Source: Trueperaceae bacterium
Lineage (GTDB): Bacteria; Deinococcota; Deinococci; Deinococcales; Trueperaceae
Assembly: GCA_040905465.1 (NCBI GenBank)
Contig: JBBDRK010000046.1
Span: 37,452 to 72,823, forward strand
Length of the DNA stretch: 35,372 nucleotides
Reading direction: 5' to 3'
Below are positions 8,214-18,687 of this stretch, one piece after another. The notes under the pieces are model-generated. The model searched no databases and was not told the DNA's origin. It saw only the letters and a program-made list of their open reading frames with translations. Every line of letters starts with the position of its first letter. The first letter of the stretch is position 1. The translations under genes were made by a program, and so were the position numbers.

Positions 8214-8993
8214 TCACTGCGACTTCTCGGCGCCTCTCCTGCTCTGCACGGTACTCCTCAACAGCAGCCCATACCCCACCACCCCGATCAGCGCGAAAGT
8301 GAACCACTGCAGCGCGTACGACAGGTGCGAGCCGCGCTCGAGCTCGGGGGTCTGGGAAGGAAGGGGCAGCGTGCCCTCGTTCGCCGGGGTCTGGGCCGAC
8401 AGCTCCAGATACACGGGCTCGAGCGGATAGGGCAACTGCGCCGCCAATCGTTCGACGTCAACGTAATAGGCGGTGCGGAGCGGACCCTCCTCGGGATCGC
8501 GCGGAGCGAACTGCGACAGCCAGCCCTCAGGAGGGTCCTGTTCGGCGCGCACCAGCCCCTCCAGGAAGACCGACCCGCCCGGAGGAGAAGCCGCCTCGAC
8601 GGGCGGATCGTCCATTCGGTAGGGAACCCAGCCCCGGTCCACCAGCAGCGCCATGCCGCTCTGCTGAACCAGCGGGGTCAGCACGTGCCAGCCCGGTTGC
8701 CCGTCGCGGCTGCGCGAGCGCAACAACATCTCAGACCCGTGGTCGTATCGCCCTCGAACCGTCACCCGGCGGTAGGCCCACTCGTCAGGCTCCTCGCCGT
8801 AGCGCTCGCGGAGCTCCCCCAGAGGCTGCGCCTCGCCGGCCATGCGCTCGGCGACTACCGCGTTGGCCTGCTGCCGCTCGCCCAGACGGCCGAGCTGCCA
8901 GAAGCCGAAGGTGGTGAACAGGACTATCAGCGAAAGTGCTAGAACGTGACCCGCCAGCCACTTGGGTGTGAGGAGCACCGAGGTTCCGGGCAC
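8214..8993 (-). CDS. SURF1 family cytochrome oxidase biogenesis protein
   Basis: FGFWQLGRL, YRRVTVRGRY, G.HVLTPL, LLVDRGWVP and HLSYALQWF motifs. TM helix at each end; follows ctaB. Confidence 0.93.
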   Translation of the reverse strand: MPGTSVLLTPKWLAGHVLALSLIVLFTTFGFWQLGRLGERQQANAVVAERMAGEAQPLGELRERYGEEPDEWAYRRVTVRGRYDHGSEMLLRSRSRDGQPGWHVLTPLVQQSGMALLVDRGWVPYRMDDPPVEAASPPGGSVFLEGLVRAEQDPPEGWLSQFAPRDPEEGPLRTAYYVDVERLAAQLPYPLEPVYLELSAQTPANEGTLPLPSQTPELERGSHLSYALQWFTFALIGVVGYGLLLRSTVQSRRGAEKSQ

Positions 8994-8999
8994 CGCCGA

Positions 9000-9899
9000 T
9001 CAGAGAAAGAACATGCGATCGAGGGCCATGGTCAGGAACAGCAGCGCCAGGTAGGTCATCGAGTACTTGTACAGCGGCAAGGCAGTCATCTTGTCGATCT
9101 TCTCGCCACGCCGGACAACCTGGAAGAGCCGCAGGACCCGCCAGGCCAACACCAGGTTGAGCGCCAGCGCGGCGCCGAAGTAGAGGATGCTGAACTCGTG
9201 CATCACGAACGGGATGACCGTAAGGACCATGGTCAGCAGGGCGTACATGACCATCTGCAGCACGGTGGCGCGCTCGCCGATCACCAGTGGCGCCATCGGA
9301 ATCCCCACTGACCGGTAATCCTCCTTGATCATCAGGGCAAGGGCCCAGAAGTGTACCGGCGTCCACACGAAGATCAGCGTGAAGAGGCACCAGGCGAGAA
9401 AGCTGAGCTCGCCGGTCACGGCCGCCCAGCCGACCAAGGGCGGAATCGCCCCGGCGGCACCGCCGATCACGATGTTCTGCCAGGTGGTTCGTTTCAGCCA
9501 GATCGTGTAGATGATCACGTAGAACGCTATCCCCGCCCAGGAGAGCAGTGCCGCCAGCAGGTTCGACACCGCCGCGATCGTCACGAACGACAGAACGGTC
9601 AGCGTCACCCCGAACAGTACGGCGTTGCGAGTAGAGACGGTCGAGGTGACCATCGGCCTGGTTGCGGTACGGCGCATGCGCTTGTCGATGTCCCGGTCGT
9701 AGATCATGTTGAACACCCCGGCCGCGCCGGCCGACATGTAGCCACCGGCAATGAGACCCAGCAGCGGCAGCCAGCCCGGGAAACCGCGAGCGGCGATGAA
9801 CATCGCTCCGACGGTGGTCAGCAGCAGCAGGCTGATGACGCGAGGCTTGGTGAGGGTCAGGTAGTCACGCCAGGTGGCTCGTGCGGTTGAAGTCGTCAT
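9000..9899 (-). CDS. ctaB: Protoheme IX farnesyltransferase (heme O synthase)
   Basis: LTKPRV, NMIYDRDIDKRMRRTATRP, YTIWLKR, NIVIGGAAGAIPPLVGWAA, WTPVHFWALA..KEDY...GIPM. Confidence 0.97.
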   Translation of the reverse strand: MTTSTARATWRDYLTLTKPRVISLLLLTTVGAMFIAARGFPGWLPLLGLIAGGYMSAGAAGVFNMIYDRDIDKRMRRTATRPMVTSTVSTRNAVLFGVTLTVLSFVTIAAVSNLLAALLSWAGIAFYVIIYTIWLKRTTWQNIVIGGAAGAIPPLVGWAAVTGELSFLAWCLFTLIFVWTPVHFWALALMIKEDYRSVGIPMAPLVIGERATVLQMVMYALLTMVLTVIPFVMHEFSILYFGAALALNLVLAWRVLRLFQVVRRGEKIDKMTALPLYKYSMTYLALLFLTMALDRMFFL

Positions 9900-10898
9900 C
9901 TAGTAGTTCTCCAAGGGGGTAGCGGCCGAGTCGCCTGGCGCCTCACCTCGCGTCAGGTCGGGGGCGGGAGCAGTAGCGGGGTATCCGAGGGCCGTTACCG
10001 ACACGGCGGAGAGTAGCGCGAACGCGGCGACGGCCAGCGCCAGATGCAGCAACTGCAGGACGACCGGCGCCAGCATTGCGAAGTTCAAGGTGCCGACGCC
10101 CAACTGGACCAGGTATACGACCGTCAACACGCGGGTCAGCGCCCGGGCCCGGGGAACCGGCTTCAACAGCCACGCCAGTCCCAGGCTCAGGAACAGGTAG
10201 ATCCCGACTGTTACGGCGATGACCGGGTGCAGGATCCGCAGGCGGATCAGCGGGTGGGAGCCGGCGTCGAAGTCGGCGGCCAACCCCTCGGCCAGGCTTT
10301 CCGAAGGGAACATCGTGCTGCCCATAGCGGCGATGCCGCCACTGAACATGAGCACCAGCATTCCCAGCAGGCCGACGCTCAGTACGGTGGCAAGCATCGA
10401 CTGTCTTCCCAGGCGTAGCGGCCATGCCGGCGCCCGGTCGCGCGCGTACAGCACGGTACCGGTGAGTGCACCCACGAGCAACAGCGAGTTGACCAGATGG
10501 ACCGCGACCAGCACTCCCCGGCCCGTGCTCACGTTTTCACCGGTGTACCCCAGCAGTACGGTCATCGCGCCCAACAGCGCCTCCACCAGGAGGAAAGCGA
10601 ACGAGCCCGCTGCCCAGTAGAAGAGCCCGGGCCGGTCGCGCCGGCTGCGGGTGGCGCGCGCGAGCAGCCACGCCCCCAGCATCAGCACGACCAGCGACAG
10701 CAGCCGGTGGCTGAACTCGATCGCCGCCTCGGTACCGTGGCCCAGGGGCACCACTTGGCCGTTGCACGAGGGCCAGTGGCTGCCGCAACCGGCACCAGAC
10801 CCTGTCGCTCGCACGACGGCGCCCTGGAGGATCACCACGATGCTGGTCGCGAGCGCGATGCTCGCCAGAGTGTAGGTGGAGAATCTGTTCAATCGCAT
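9900..10898 (-). CDS. ctaA: Heme A synthase (COX15/CtaA family)
   Basis: GAVVRATGSGAGCGSHWPSC, EFSHR, VHL, LHP and LLHL His ligands, about 8 TM helices. Probable ATG at 10898 (MRLNRF); the ORF-track upstream extension looks non-coding. Stop abuts the ctaB start. Confidence 0.88.
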   Translation of the reverse strand: MRLNRFSTYTLASIALATSIVVILQGAVVRATGSGAGCGSHWPSCNGQVVPLGHGTEAAIEFSHRLLSLVVLMLGAWLLARATRSRRDRPGLFYWAAGSFAFLLVEALLGAMTVLLGYTGENVSTGRGVLVAVHLVNSLLLVGALTGTVLYARDRAPAWPLRLGRQSMLATVLSVGLLGMLVLMFSGGIAAMGSTMFPSESLAEGLAADFDAGSHPLIRLRILHPVIAVTVGIYLFLSLGLAWLLKPVPRARALTRVLTVVYLVQLGVGTLNFAMLAPVVLQLLHLALAVAAFALLSAVSVTALGYPATAPAPDLTRGEAPGDSAATPLENY

Positions 10899-11087
10899 CT
10901 GAGGAAGTCCTGCCGGGATTCGCCATCGCCAACAGAGCAGAGCGCCGAATGACTGGCGCTGCCCGGCTGCCGCCGCCGGCTTCCTACGCCTTACTGTCTT
11001 CGACGCGGAGGGTACGCGGCGCTGCCGTCCCAGCGCAAGCATCTTAGCACCATCGCGGCCACGGGAGCTGCTCGGTGGACGACTGGC

Positions 11088-11105
11088 GACAGTTGATATA
11101 CTGTC
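11088..11105. promoter_or_regulatory. Palindrome GACAGT-N6-ACTGTC overlapping a TATACT -10-like box in the ctaA/TPR divergent region
   Basis: GACAGTTGATATACTGTC has perfect 6-bp arms in a locally AT-rich patch. TATACT lies at 11097-11102 on the + strand. Confidence 0.45.
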
Positions 11106-11257
11106 CTTAAAAGCTGGGTTCTGTAGCGCTGCTAGCCCGCCCACGACGCCCAGGCGGCACACCGACCTCTCACGGTCGCTGGTCATGATGGGCCCAGCGC
11201 TGTATGTGTGCACTCCCGCAGGCGCGGTGCGTCTGTCGAGGACCGGAGGACATCTTG

Positions 11258-12373
11258 TTGTTTATCAGAAGGACGCTCCCTCTCCTGTTGATCGTCGTGC
11301 TCGGCGCGATCCTTTCCACGGCGGCGCTCGCTCAGGAAGGCGAGGCCGGGGTCGAGGACTTCGTTCGTGACGGACGCCTGTTCCTGTTGAGCGGCGACTG
11401 CGAGCTCGCCCAGTACTACTATCAGGAGGCACTGAAGCTCGAGCCGGAGAATCCGGCAGCTCTCGTCGGCAACGGCCGGGCACTCGCCTGTCGCAACAAC
11501 TTCCCACTGGCGATCGAATCGTTCCAGAAAGCCATCGAGGCGTCTCCCGACAATACCGAGGCCTACGTGCAGCTAGCCCTCGCCTACCAGGACCAGTATC
11601 TCGCCGACCCGCAGCGGTTTCCCAACCGGCTGAGCGAGGCGCTGCGGACCTTGGAGACCGCCGAAGGCATCCGGCCCGAGGACCCGAGGGTTCTGAATGC
11701 CAAGGGTGTGATCCAATTCCAGATGGGAAGCTTGCAGGCCGCTCAGACGTCGTTGGAACAAGCGGTCGATGCTGCCGGCCGGGCGGACACCGAGATGCCC
11801 CCGCGCGAACGGTCGGTAGTTCATGTGAACCTCGGCAAGACCTATCGCGACCTGGGCAACCTCGAGCAGGCGCTCAACGCGTTTCGGCGAGCGGTAGTCC
11901 TCGATCCCGGCAGCGCCACCGCGCACAACAATCTCGGCAATATCCACTACCGCCTCGGCAACTGCGGCGAGGCGGAGTACGAGCTGTCCCAGGCGGCGTC
12001 GCTCGATCCCCAGTCGCTCTCGGCAGTTTCGCAGCTCGCCATCGCGCTGTTCGAGTGCGGCAACGTGACAGGCTCGGTGGCTCACTTCGAGCGCGCGGTC
12101 GAGATATCCGGCGCCGTATTCAATCCGCCCCTGTATACGTATCTGGCACGGGGCTACCTGCAGCTGGGCCGCCTGGATCAGGCGGTGTACCGGGCTCAGC
12201 AGGGCGCATTGCTCAAGCCGTACACGGCCGACGCCTTCTACTACCTCGGGCAGACGTACCAGGCGCGCGGCCAATCAGGCGACCGGCAAGCCGCCCAGGA
12301 CGCCTACCGGCGGGCGCTGGAGCTCGACCCAGAGCACCAGGAGGCGAGCAGCGCGCTGTCGGCGTTGCAGTAG
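11258..12373 (+). CDS. Secreted tetratricopeptide repeat protein
   Basis: Multiple TPR units (e.g. ALNAFRRAVVLDPGSATAHNNLGNIHYRLG). GGAGGA RBS at 11245-11250 before TTG 11255/11258. Signal peptide ending AALA-Q. Confidence 0.88.
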   Translation: MFIRRTLPLLLIVVLGAILSTAALAQEGEAGVEDFVRDGRLFLLSGDCELAQYYYQEALKLEPENPAALVGNGRALACRNNFPLAIESFQKAIEASPDNTEAYVQLALAYQDQYLADPQRFPNRLSEALRTLETAEGIRPEDPRVLNAKGVIQFQMGSLQAAQTSLEQAVDAAGRADTEMPPRERSVVHVNLGKTYRDLGNLEQALNAFRRAVVLDPGSATAHNNLGNIHYRLGNCGEAEYELSQAASLDPQSLSAVSQLAIALFECGNVTGSVAHFERAVEISGAVFNPPLYTYLARGYLQLGRLDQAVYRAQQGALLKPYTADAFYYLGQTYQARGQSGDRQAAQDAYRRALELDPEHQEASSALSALQ

Positions 12374-12394
12374 CGGGCACGAAAACTTTACGAA

Positions 12395-12425
12395 GCCAGC
12401 GACCGGGCACTGTCCGGTCGCTGGC
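12395..12425. terminator. Strong hairpin after the TPR gene (possible terminator)
   Basis: GCCAGCGACCGG-GCACTGT-CCGGTCGCTGGC is a 12-bp perfect stem. The T-rich tail is only on the minus-strand side. Confidence 0.5.
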
Positions 12426-12466
12426 CAGCTCCGTCTTCCCCGACGCAACCTCGGGACCCGAACATC

Positions 12467-12611
12467 TGCTATCATCGGGAGGTTTGGCCCGGCCAGCAGC
12501 GGGATGTCTGGCAGGTCACTGGAACGCAGCGGAGGCGTGCTCCGCACATGTTGGCCCGCGGCCATCAGTACAAGCAATTCCGTCACTCAACGTCCCGCCT
12601 CGGAGGAATGA
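12467..12611 (+). promoter_or_regulatory. rpsB extended -10 promoter and structured 5' leader (candidate S2 autoregulatory element)
   Basis: TGcTATCAT at 12467-12475. GCGGGATGT (12499-12507) can pair with ACGTCCCGC (12590-12598), immediately before the GGAGG RBS (12602-12606). Confidence 0.6.
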
Positions 12612-13790
12612 ATGTCTTATCTGGGTATGAAGCAGCTTCTCGAAGCCGGCGTCCACTTCGGCCACGAGACCAAACACTGGAACCCGAAGATGAAGCGCTA
12701 CATCTTCGCAGAACGCAACGGTATCTTCATAATCGACCTGCAGAAGACGCTGGTCGAGAGCGAGAAGTCGTTCGACTTCCTGCGCGATCTGGCCAGCCGC
12801 GGCGGGACCATCCTGTTCGTCGGCACCAAGAAGCAGGCCAAGGAGATTCTCGCCGCCGAAGCCAAGCGCTGCGGGATGCCCTTCATCAATGAGCGTTGGC
12901 TGGGCGGTCTACTCACCAACTTCCGCACCATGCGCGCGCGCGTCGAGCGGCTCAAGGAGCTCGAGGCGATGTTCGAGGACGAGTCGATCCTGCGCTACAG
13001 CAAGAAGGAGCAGATCGACCTGGGCAAGGAGCTGCAGCGGCTGCAGCGTTACCTGGGCGGCATTCGCGACATGAGCCGTCTCCCCGACGCGTTGTTCGTG
13101 ATCGACCCGACCAAGGAAGCGATCGCCATCAAGGAAGCCAACAAGCTGGGCATCCCCACCGTGGCGCTGGCAGACACCGACAGCGACCCCGATACGCTCG
13201 ATTACATCATCCCCGGCAACGACGACGCGATCCGTTCGATCCAGTTGGTCACCGCCCGTCTGTCCGATGTGATTGTCGAGGTTCGCGGTGGAGCCGACGT
13301 CGCGCCGGAACCGCAGCCGGAGGCCACCGAGGCCGAGCAGCGCGAATCGTTGCCGACCCCCGAGTCGTCTCCCGAACGCACCATCAAGGCCGCCGCCCAG
13401 ATGGCGGAGGGTGAAGCCGGCCAGACGGGCGAGCAACCGGCCGCGGCGCCTGCCGCGACCGCGCCTGCCGAGACCGCACCCGCTGCGATCGAGACCAGCG
13501 GGGTCGAGACCGGCAAGACCGCGGCCAGCGCGATCGAGACCAGCGGGGCCCAGACTAGCAGCGCCGAGACAAGTGAGCCGGAGTCGACCGAGCCCGAGCC
13601 GGCCGAGGCAAAGCCTGCCAAGCCCGAGCCGACCAAGGCCAAGCCTGCCAAGCCCGAGGAGACCGGGGCCGAGGACGCCACAACTGCCGACGCTGAGGCC
13701 GCCGAGGCCGAAGACGGCGCGAAGGCGAAGTCCGGAGCCGGCGACGAAGAGGCGGCCGGCGACACCGAGGAAGAGCTAGTAGAAGACTGA
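12612..13790 (+). CDS. rpsB: 30S ribosomal protein S2 with long acidic C-terminal extension
   Basis: [51 protein letters not shown]. Core ends near residue 227, followed by about 165 aa of low-complexity tail. Confidence 0.98.
   Translation: MSYLGMKQLLEAGVHFGHETKHWNPKMKRYIFAERNGIFIIDLQKTLVESEKSFDFLRDLASRGGTILFVGTKKQAKEILAAEAKRCGMPFINERWLGGLLTNFRTMRARVERLKELEAMFEDESILRYSKKEQIDLGKELQRLQRYLGGIRDMSRLPDALFVIDPTKEAIAIKEANKLGIPTVALADTDSDPDTLDYIIPGNDDAIRSIQLVTARLSDVIVEVRGGADVAPEPQPEATEAEQRESLPTPESSPERTIKAAAQMAEGEAGQTGEQPAAAPAATAPAETAPAAIETSGVETGKTAASAIETSGAQTSSAETSEPESTEPEPAEAKPAKPEPTKAKPAKPEETGAEDATTADAEAAEAEDGAKAKSGAGDEEAAGDTEEELVED
13446..13679 (+). repeat. Pentapeptide-periodic (15-nt) repeats in the S2 tail
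   Basis: [63 protein letters not shown] copies GCGATCGAGACCAGCGGGG at 13485/13530 and AAGCCTGCCAAGCCCGAG at 13611/13641. Confidence 0.85.
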
Positions 13791-13815
13791 TCGAAAGCGA
13801 GAAGGGAAAAACGAC

Positions 13816-15148
<1,333 letters not shown>

Positions 15149-15250
15149 TCGACCGTTCCGGCGCGTCGCACGGCGATTCCGGGCGTTACACTGTGTAAAC
15201 GGCATCGCGGCCCGTACGGCTCGTGCCGAGATCAGCGCGCGGAGGTTATC

Positions 15251-15805
15251 ATGAACACCGTCCTGAAGGAGACGCGGGAGCGGATGCAGAAGTCCCTGGA
15301 TGCATTCGAGCAGAATATATCTGCCGTACGCACCGGACGAGCCAACCCTGCCGTCCTCAACCGCGTAACCGTCGATTACTACGGCGCCAGCACCCCCCTC
15401 AACCAGCTCGCCACGGTGTCCAGCCCGGACGCGCGCACTCTGCTGGTAACGCCGTTCGACAAGAACGTGGTCGGCGACATCGAGAAGGCGATCCGCGAGA
15501 GCGATCTCGGCTTCAATCCCGGCAACAAGGGTGACGCGATCTTCATCACCGTGCCCCCGCTGAACGACGAGCGACGCCGCGACCTGGTGAAGAGCATCAA
15601 GAATCTGGCGGAGGAGTCGCGTGTGGCGATGCGCAACATTCGGCGCGACGCCAACGACGAGCTCAAGGAGATGCGCAAGGAGAACCTGCTCACCGAAGAC
15701 GATCTTCGCGCCGGTGAGAGCGAGGTGCAGGCGATCACCGACGAGTTCATAGGAAAGGTCGACGGCCGAGCCAAAGCCAAGGAAGAAGACATAATGGCCG
15801 TCTGA
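15251..15805 (+). CDS. frr: Ribosome recycling factor
   Basis: VRTGRANP, VDYYG..TPLNQLA, PPLNDERRRDLVK, RNIRRDAND. GGAGG RBS upstream. Confidence 0.98.
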   Translation: MNTVLKETRERMQKSLDAFEQNISAVRTGRANPAVLNRVTVDYYGASTPLNQLATVSSPDARTLLVTPFDKNVVGDIEKAIRESDLGFNPGNKGDAIFITVPPLNDERRRDLVKSIKNLAEESRVAMRNIRRDANDELKEMRKENLLTEDDLRAGESEVQAITDEFIGKVDGRAKAKEEDIMAV

Positions 15806-15897
15806 TCACCCTTTCGGTCGCCACGGCTCAGCGAGCCTCCTCGGAGGAGCGGGCGGCGATCGCAAGGCGTCATCCGCCGGCCCGTCGTTCGTTCCGC

Positions 15898-16743
15898 ATG
15901 CCCATCGCCCGCATACTGTCCTCGTTCCTGGCGTTTCTCGCCGCAGTCCTGATCGCCTGGATCGGACTGCCGCTTTTGGCCCCCGTCTACCTGGCGCTGA
16001 CGTTCGTGGCTATCCAGGAGTACAGCGTGATGATGAACCTGCGCGGGATACCGATCCGGCGCAGGTCGCTCTGGGTGGCCGCGCTTCTGACCCTGCCCGC
16101 GGCCTTGCCTCTCTCCTATCCGGGCATGGAGGCGTTGCATGCCAGCATCTCCTGGCGCGAGGCGCTGTTGGGCGTGTTCGCGCTCTACCTGATCACCCTG
16201 GAGGTCGTGAGGCCGAACAGGAACTCCCTCTACACGGCGGTTTTCACGCTGTTCGGTTACCTCTACATCCCCTGGCTCTTCAGCTACATCGTCACCCTTC
16301 GCTATACCCCGGATGGCGTGCTTGGCATCTGGTATCTGACGTTGCCGATCCTGGGCATCGTGGCCGCCGACGTGGGCGGATACGTGGTCGGCTCCCTTTT
16401 CGGCAGGCACGAGCTGGCGCCGCTGATAAGTCCACGCAAGACGGTGGAAGGGGCGCTGGGCGGCCTGGTGCTGGCGATACTGGTGGTGTCGGGCACCCTG
16501 TTTCTGCTGGAAACATGGCTGGACCTGCGCGTGGACCTCTACGACGGGCTGCTGTTCAGCGTACTGGTGGCGTCGGCGGCGCAACTCGGAGATCTGTTTG
16601 AGAGCCTGGTGAAACGCTGGGTAGGCGTGAAGGATGCTGGCGTCTTCCTGCCCGGACAGGGCGGCGTGCTGGACCGGATAGACAGCCACCTGTTCGCAAT
16701 ACCGGCGACCTATTACTTCATAACGTTGTTCATTCTGCCGTGA
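15898..16743 (+). CDS. cdsA: Phosphatidate cytidylyltransferase
   Basis: Multi-TM protein with ISPRKTVEG, AQLGDLFESLVKR..GVKDAG..LPGQGGVLDRIDS. Confidence 0.96.
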   Translation: MPIARILSSFLAFLAAVLIAWIGLPLLAPVYLALTFVAIQEYSVMMNLRGIPIRRRSLWVAALLTLPAALPLSYPGMEALHASISWREALLGVFALYLITLEVVRPNRNSLYTAVFTLFGYLYIPWLFSYIVTLRYTPDGVLGIWYLTLPILGIVAADVGGYVVGSLFGRHELAPLISPRKTVEGALGGLVLAILVVSGTLFLLETWLDLRVDLYDGLLFSVLVASAAQLGDLFESLVKRWVGVKDAGVFLPGQGGVLDRIDSHLFAIPATYYFITLFILP

Positions 16744-16748
16744 AGCCG

Positions 16749-18260
16749 TTACTCGTGGGGGATGGTAGGTGTGGCGGCTGACCCACTTACTATTACCCGG
16801 TCACGGCCTTCGCGCTTGGCACGGTAGAGAGCCTGGTCGGCCGACCTTAGCAACGCCGAAGGCTCGCGTCCGTGTTCCGGGAACGCCGCCACGCCCATGC
16901 TCAATCGGAAGCCCACCGGCCCGTGCCCCGGTTCACCCGGACGCAGGTCGGACAGTCGCAGACGTAGGGCGTCGAGCCGCTCGACTGCGCGAGCCGGCGT
17001 TAGTCCGGGAAGGATCAGCGCGAACTCGTCGCCGCCCAGCCGACACAGTATGTCGTTTGCTCGGAAAGTTTCGCTGGCGGCGGCCACCAGCTCCTTGAGG
17101 GTATTGTCTCCGACCTCGTGGCCGAAAGTATCGTTGATCGCCTTGAAGTGGTCGATGTCGAGTAGAGCCAGACAGCCCGGCGTCTGGTCGGAGGCGTCGA
17201 GGGCGCTCGACAACGCCTGATGGAAGTGGCGGCGGTTGAAAGAGTTGGTCAGCGGGTCGCGCAAAGACTGCCTCTCCAGCTCGCCTACGAGCGTGGCACG
17301 CTCCATGCTTGCGTCCACCAGAGATGCCAGTGCCTGGAGGAAGGCATCGTCCTGACGACGGGTAGCCGGCGCCGCTGGAATCGGCACAATCACCCAGCAG
17401 CTGCGGTTGGGCAACCAGGCGCCCAACTCTTCGCCGAACGGCGGCTCCTGGCGCAGTGCAGTGCCCTCCACGCCCAGAGTGCGCCGAACCGTATGCCTGA
17501 GGACGTTCAGTACGTCCTCGTCGGTTCGCGCCTCGTGCATCTCCTGGGCAGCGCCGTAGAGGCCACGCATCCGCACGTTTTCATCCCGGCGCTCCTGGGT
17601 GAAACGGCTGGCGACCACCAGCAGGGCAACCGGGATGGCCGCGAGCACCAGCACGATCGGCATGCCCTCGCTAGCCACACCAACCAGAACGCCGTAACTG
17701 ACCACGACCGGCCAGGCGCGCAGCAGTTCGCCGCCGGCTTCCTCGAGCTCGATGAGGAAACGCCTGCCGTGCACCAGCGAGAGGGCGTACGACACAAGGA
17801 CCTGATTGATCGTCGTGTAGATCGCGGCGACCAGGACGGCCGGAATCAGGTAGCTCCACGGATGGACACCGGCCGAGGGTAGCAACGAGATAGCGGTTAG
17901 CGCCAGCGTCACGGAGGTGGCCCTGGCGCCGGCGTTGAAGATCAGGCGTGGAGTCGCGGTGTTGCGGGCCGTGGCCCCAAGCAGATAGCCCACCACCAGC
18001 ACGGCGACGGTCGCTGCGGGACCTACGAACAGCAACGACAGGACCAGCAGGATCTCATCGAAGTCCATGAAGTAGGATTGCCCGGGCCGATTCACCCGAT
18101 ATGGGAAACCGACGAGGACCGCGCAGGCGGTGGTGAGTCCCAGCCACGGGAGCAACGGCCACGGTTCCGGTCCGGCGATGCTGAACAGCGCACCGAAGGA
18201 CACCAGGCCCAGCAGGCCGATGCCGACTATGAGCCGGGCGATGGGCTCGGCCGGAGACAT
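16749..18260 (-). CDS. Membrane-bound diguanylate cyclase
   Basis: About 220-aa multi-TM N-terminus and a short GAF-like linker. GGDEF domain has DPLT..FNRR, DIDHFK.INDTFGHEVGD, an RxxD I-site (RAND) and an intact GGDEF. Confidence 0.93.
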   Translation of the reverse strand: MSPAEPIARLIVGIGLLGLVSFGALFSIAGPEPWPLLPWLGLTTACAVLVGFPYRVNRPGQSYFMDFDEILLVLSLLFVGPAATVAVLVVGYLLGATARNTATPRLIFNAGARATSVTLALTAISLLPSAGVHPWSYLIPAVLVAAIYTTINQVLVSYALSLVHGRRFLIELEEAGGELLRAWPVVVSYGVLVGVASEGMPIVLVLAAIPVALLVVASRFTQERRDENVRMRGLYGAAQEMHEARTDEDVLNVLRHTVRRTLGVEGTALRQEPPFGEELGAWLPNRSCWVIVPIPAAPATRRQDDAFLQALASLVDASMERATLVGELERQSLRDPLTNSFNRRHFHQALSSALDASDQTPGCLALLDIDHFKAINDTFGHEVGDNTLKELVAAASETFRANDILCRLGGDEFALILPGLTPARAVERLDALRLRLSDLRPGEPGHGPVGFRLSMGVAAFPEHGREPSALLRSADQALYRAKREGRDRVIVSGSAATPTIPHE

Positions 18261-18687
18261 GGATATTACGCTACGGTCGCCTATGATGGCTCCGCGGCCG
18301 GCCGGCTGTCATCATTTCCGCTCCGCATCTGTCTCCATCACCCGCCTGTGCCAGGCGTCTGACCTACTGTCTGCAAGACCTCCCGGAGACGGTCCCTGCC
18401 TTCAACATAGAAACCCTACGCTCTCATGCTACAACAATTGCCGAGCCAGGTTTTTCACTCTCGGGTCCCTACCGGCGCTACCGGGCCAAGCTTACTATCG
18501 CTTGTTACGCCCATCTGCGCACAGTACGAACCCTACACCCAGAAACGTTATTGCCGACACCGGAGCATTCACTCGTAAACTCTCCACTGTCACCGCTCGG
18601 CAACCGCCCACGTCCAAGCTGCTGCTTGTCGCTGCACTCATTGTCTCGCTAGCAGGCCGGTGATAGCCTCACCTGAGGAATGGACCG

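Noticed and set aside
10899-11213. 105-aa N-terminal extension of ctaA
   Set aside because: Arg/Ser-rich, not protein-like, spans the divergent promoter region and overlaps the TPR ORF start given in the track.
15379-16689. 436-aa minus-strand ORF
   Set aside because: Antisense to the unambiguous frr and cdsA genes.
18130-18663. 177-aa plus-strand ORF across the GGDEF-glnS spacer
   Set aside because: Overlaps the GGDEF 5' end, has no motifs and has atypical composition. I also looked for a c-di-GMP riboswitch consensus here and did not find one.
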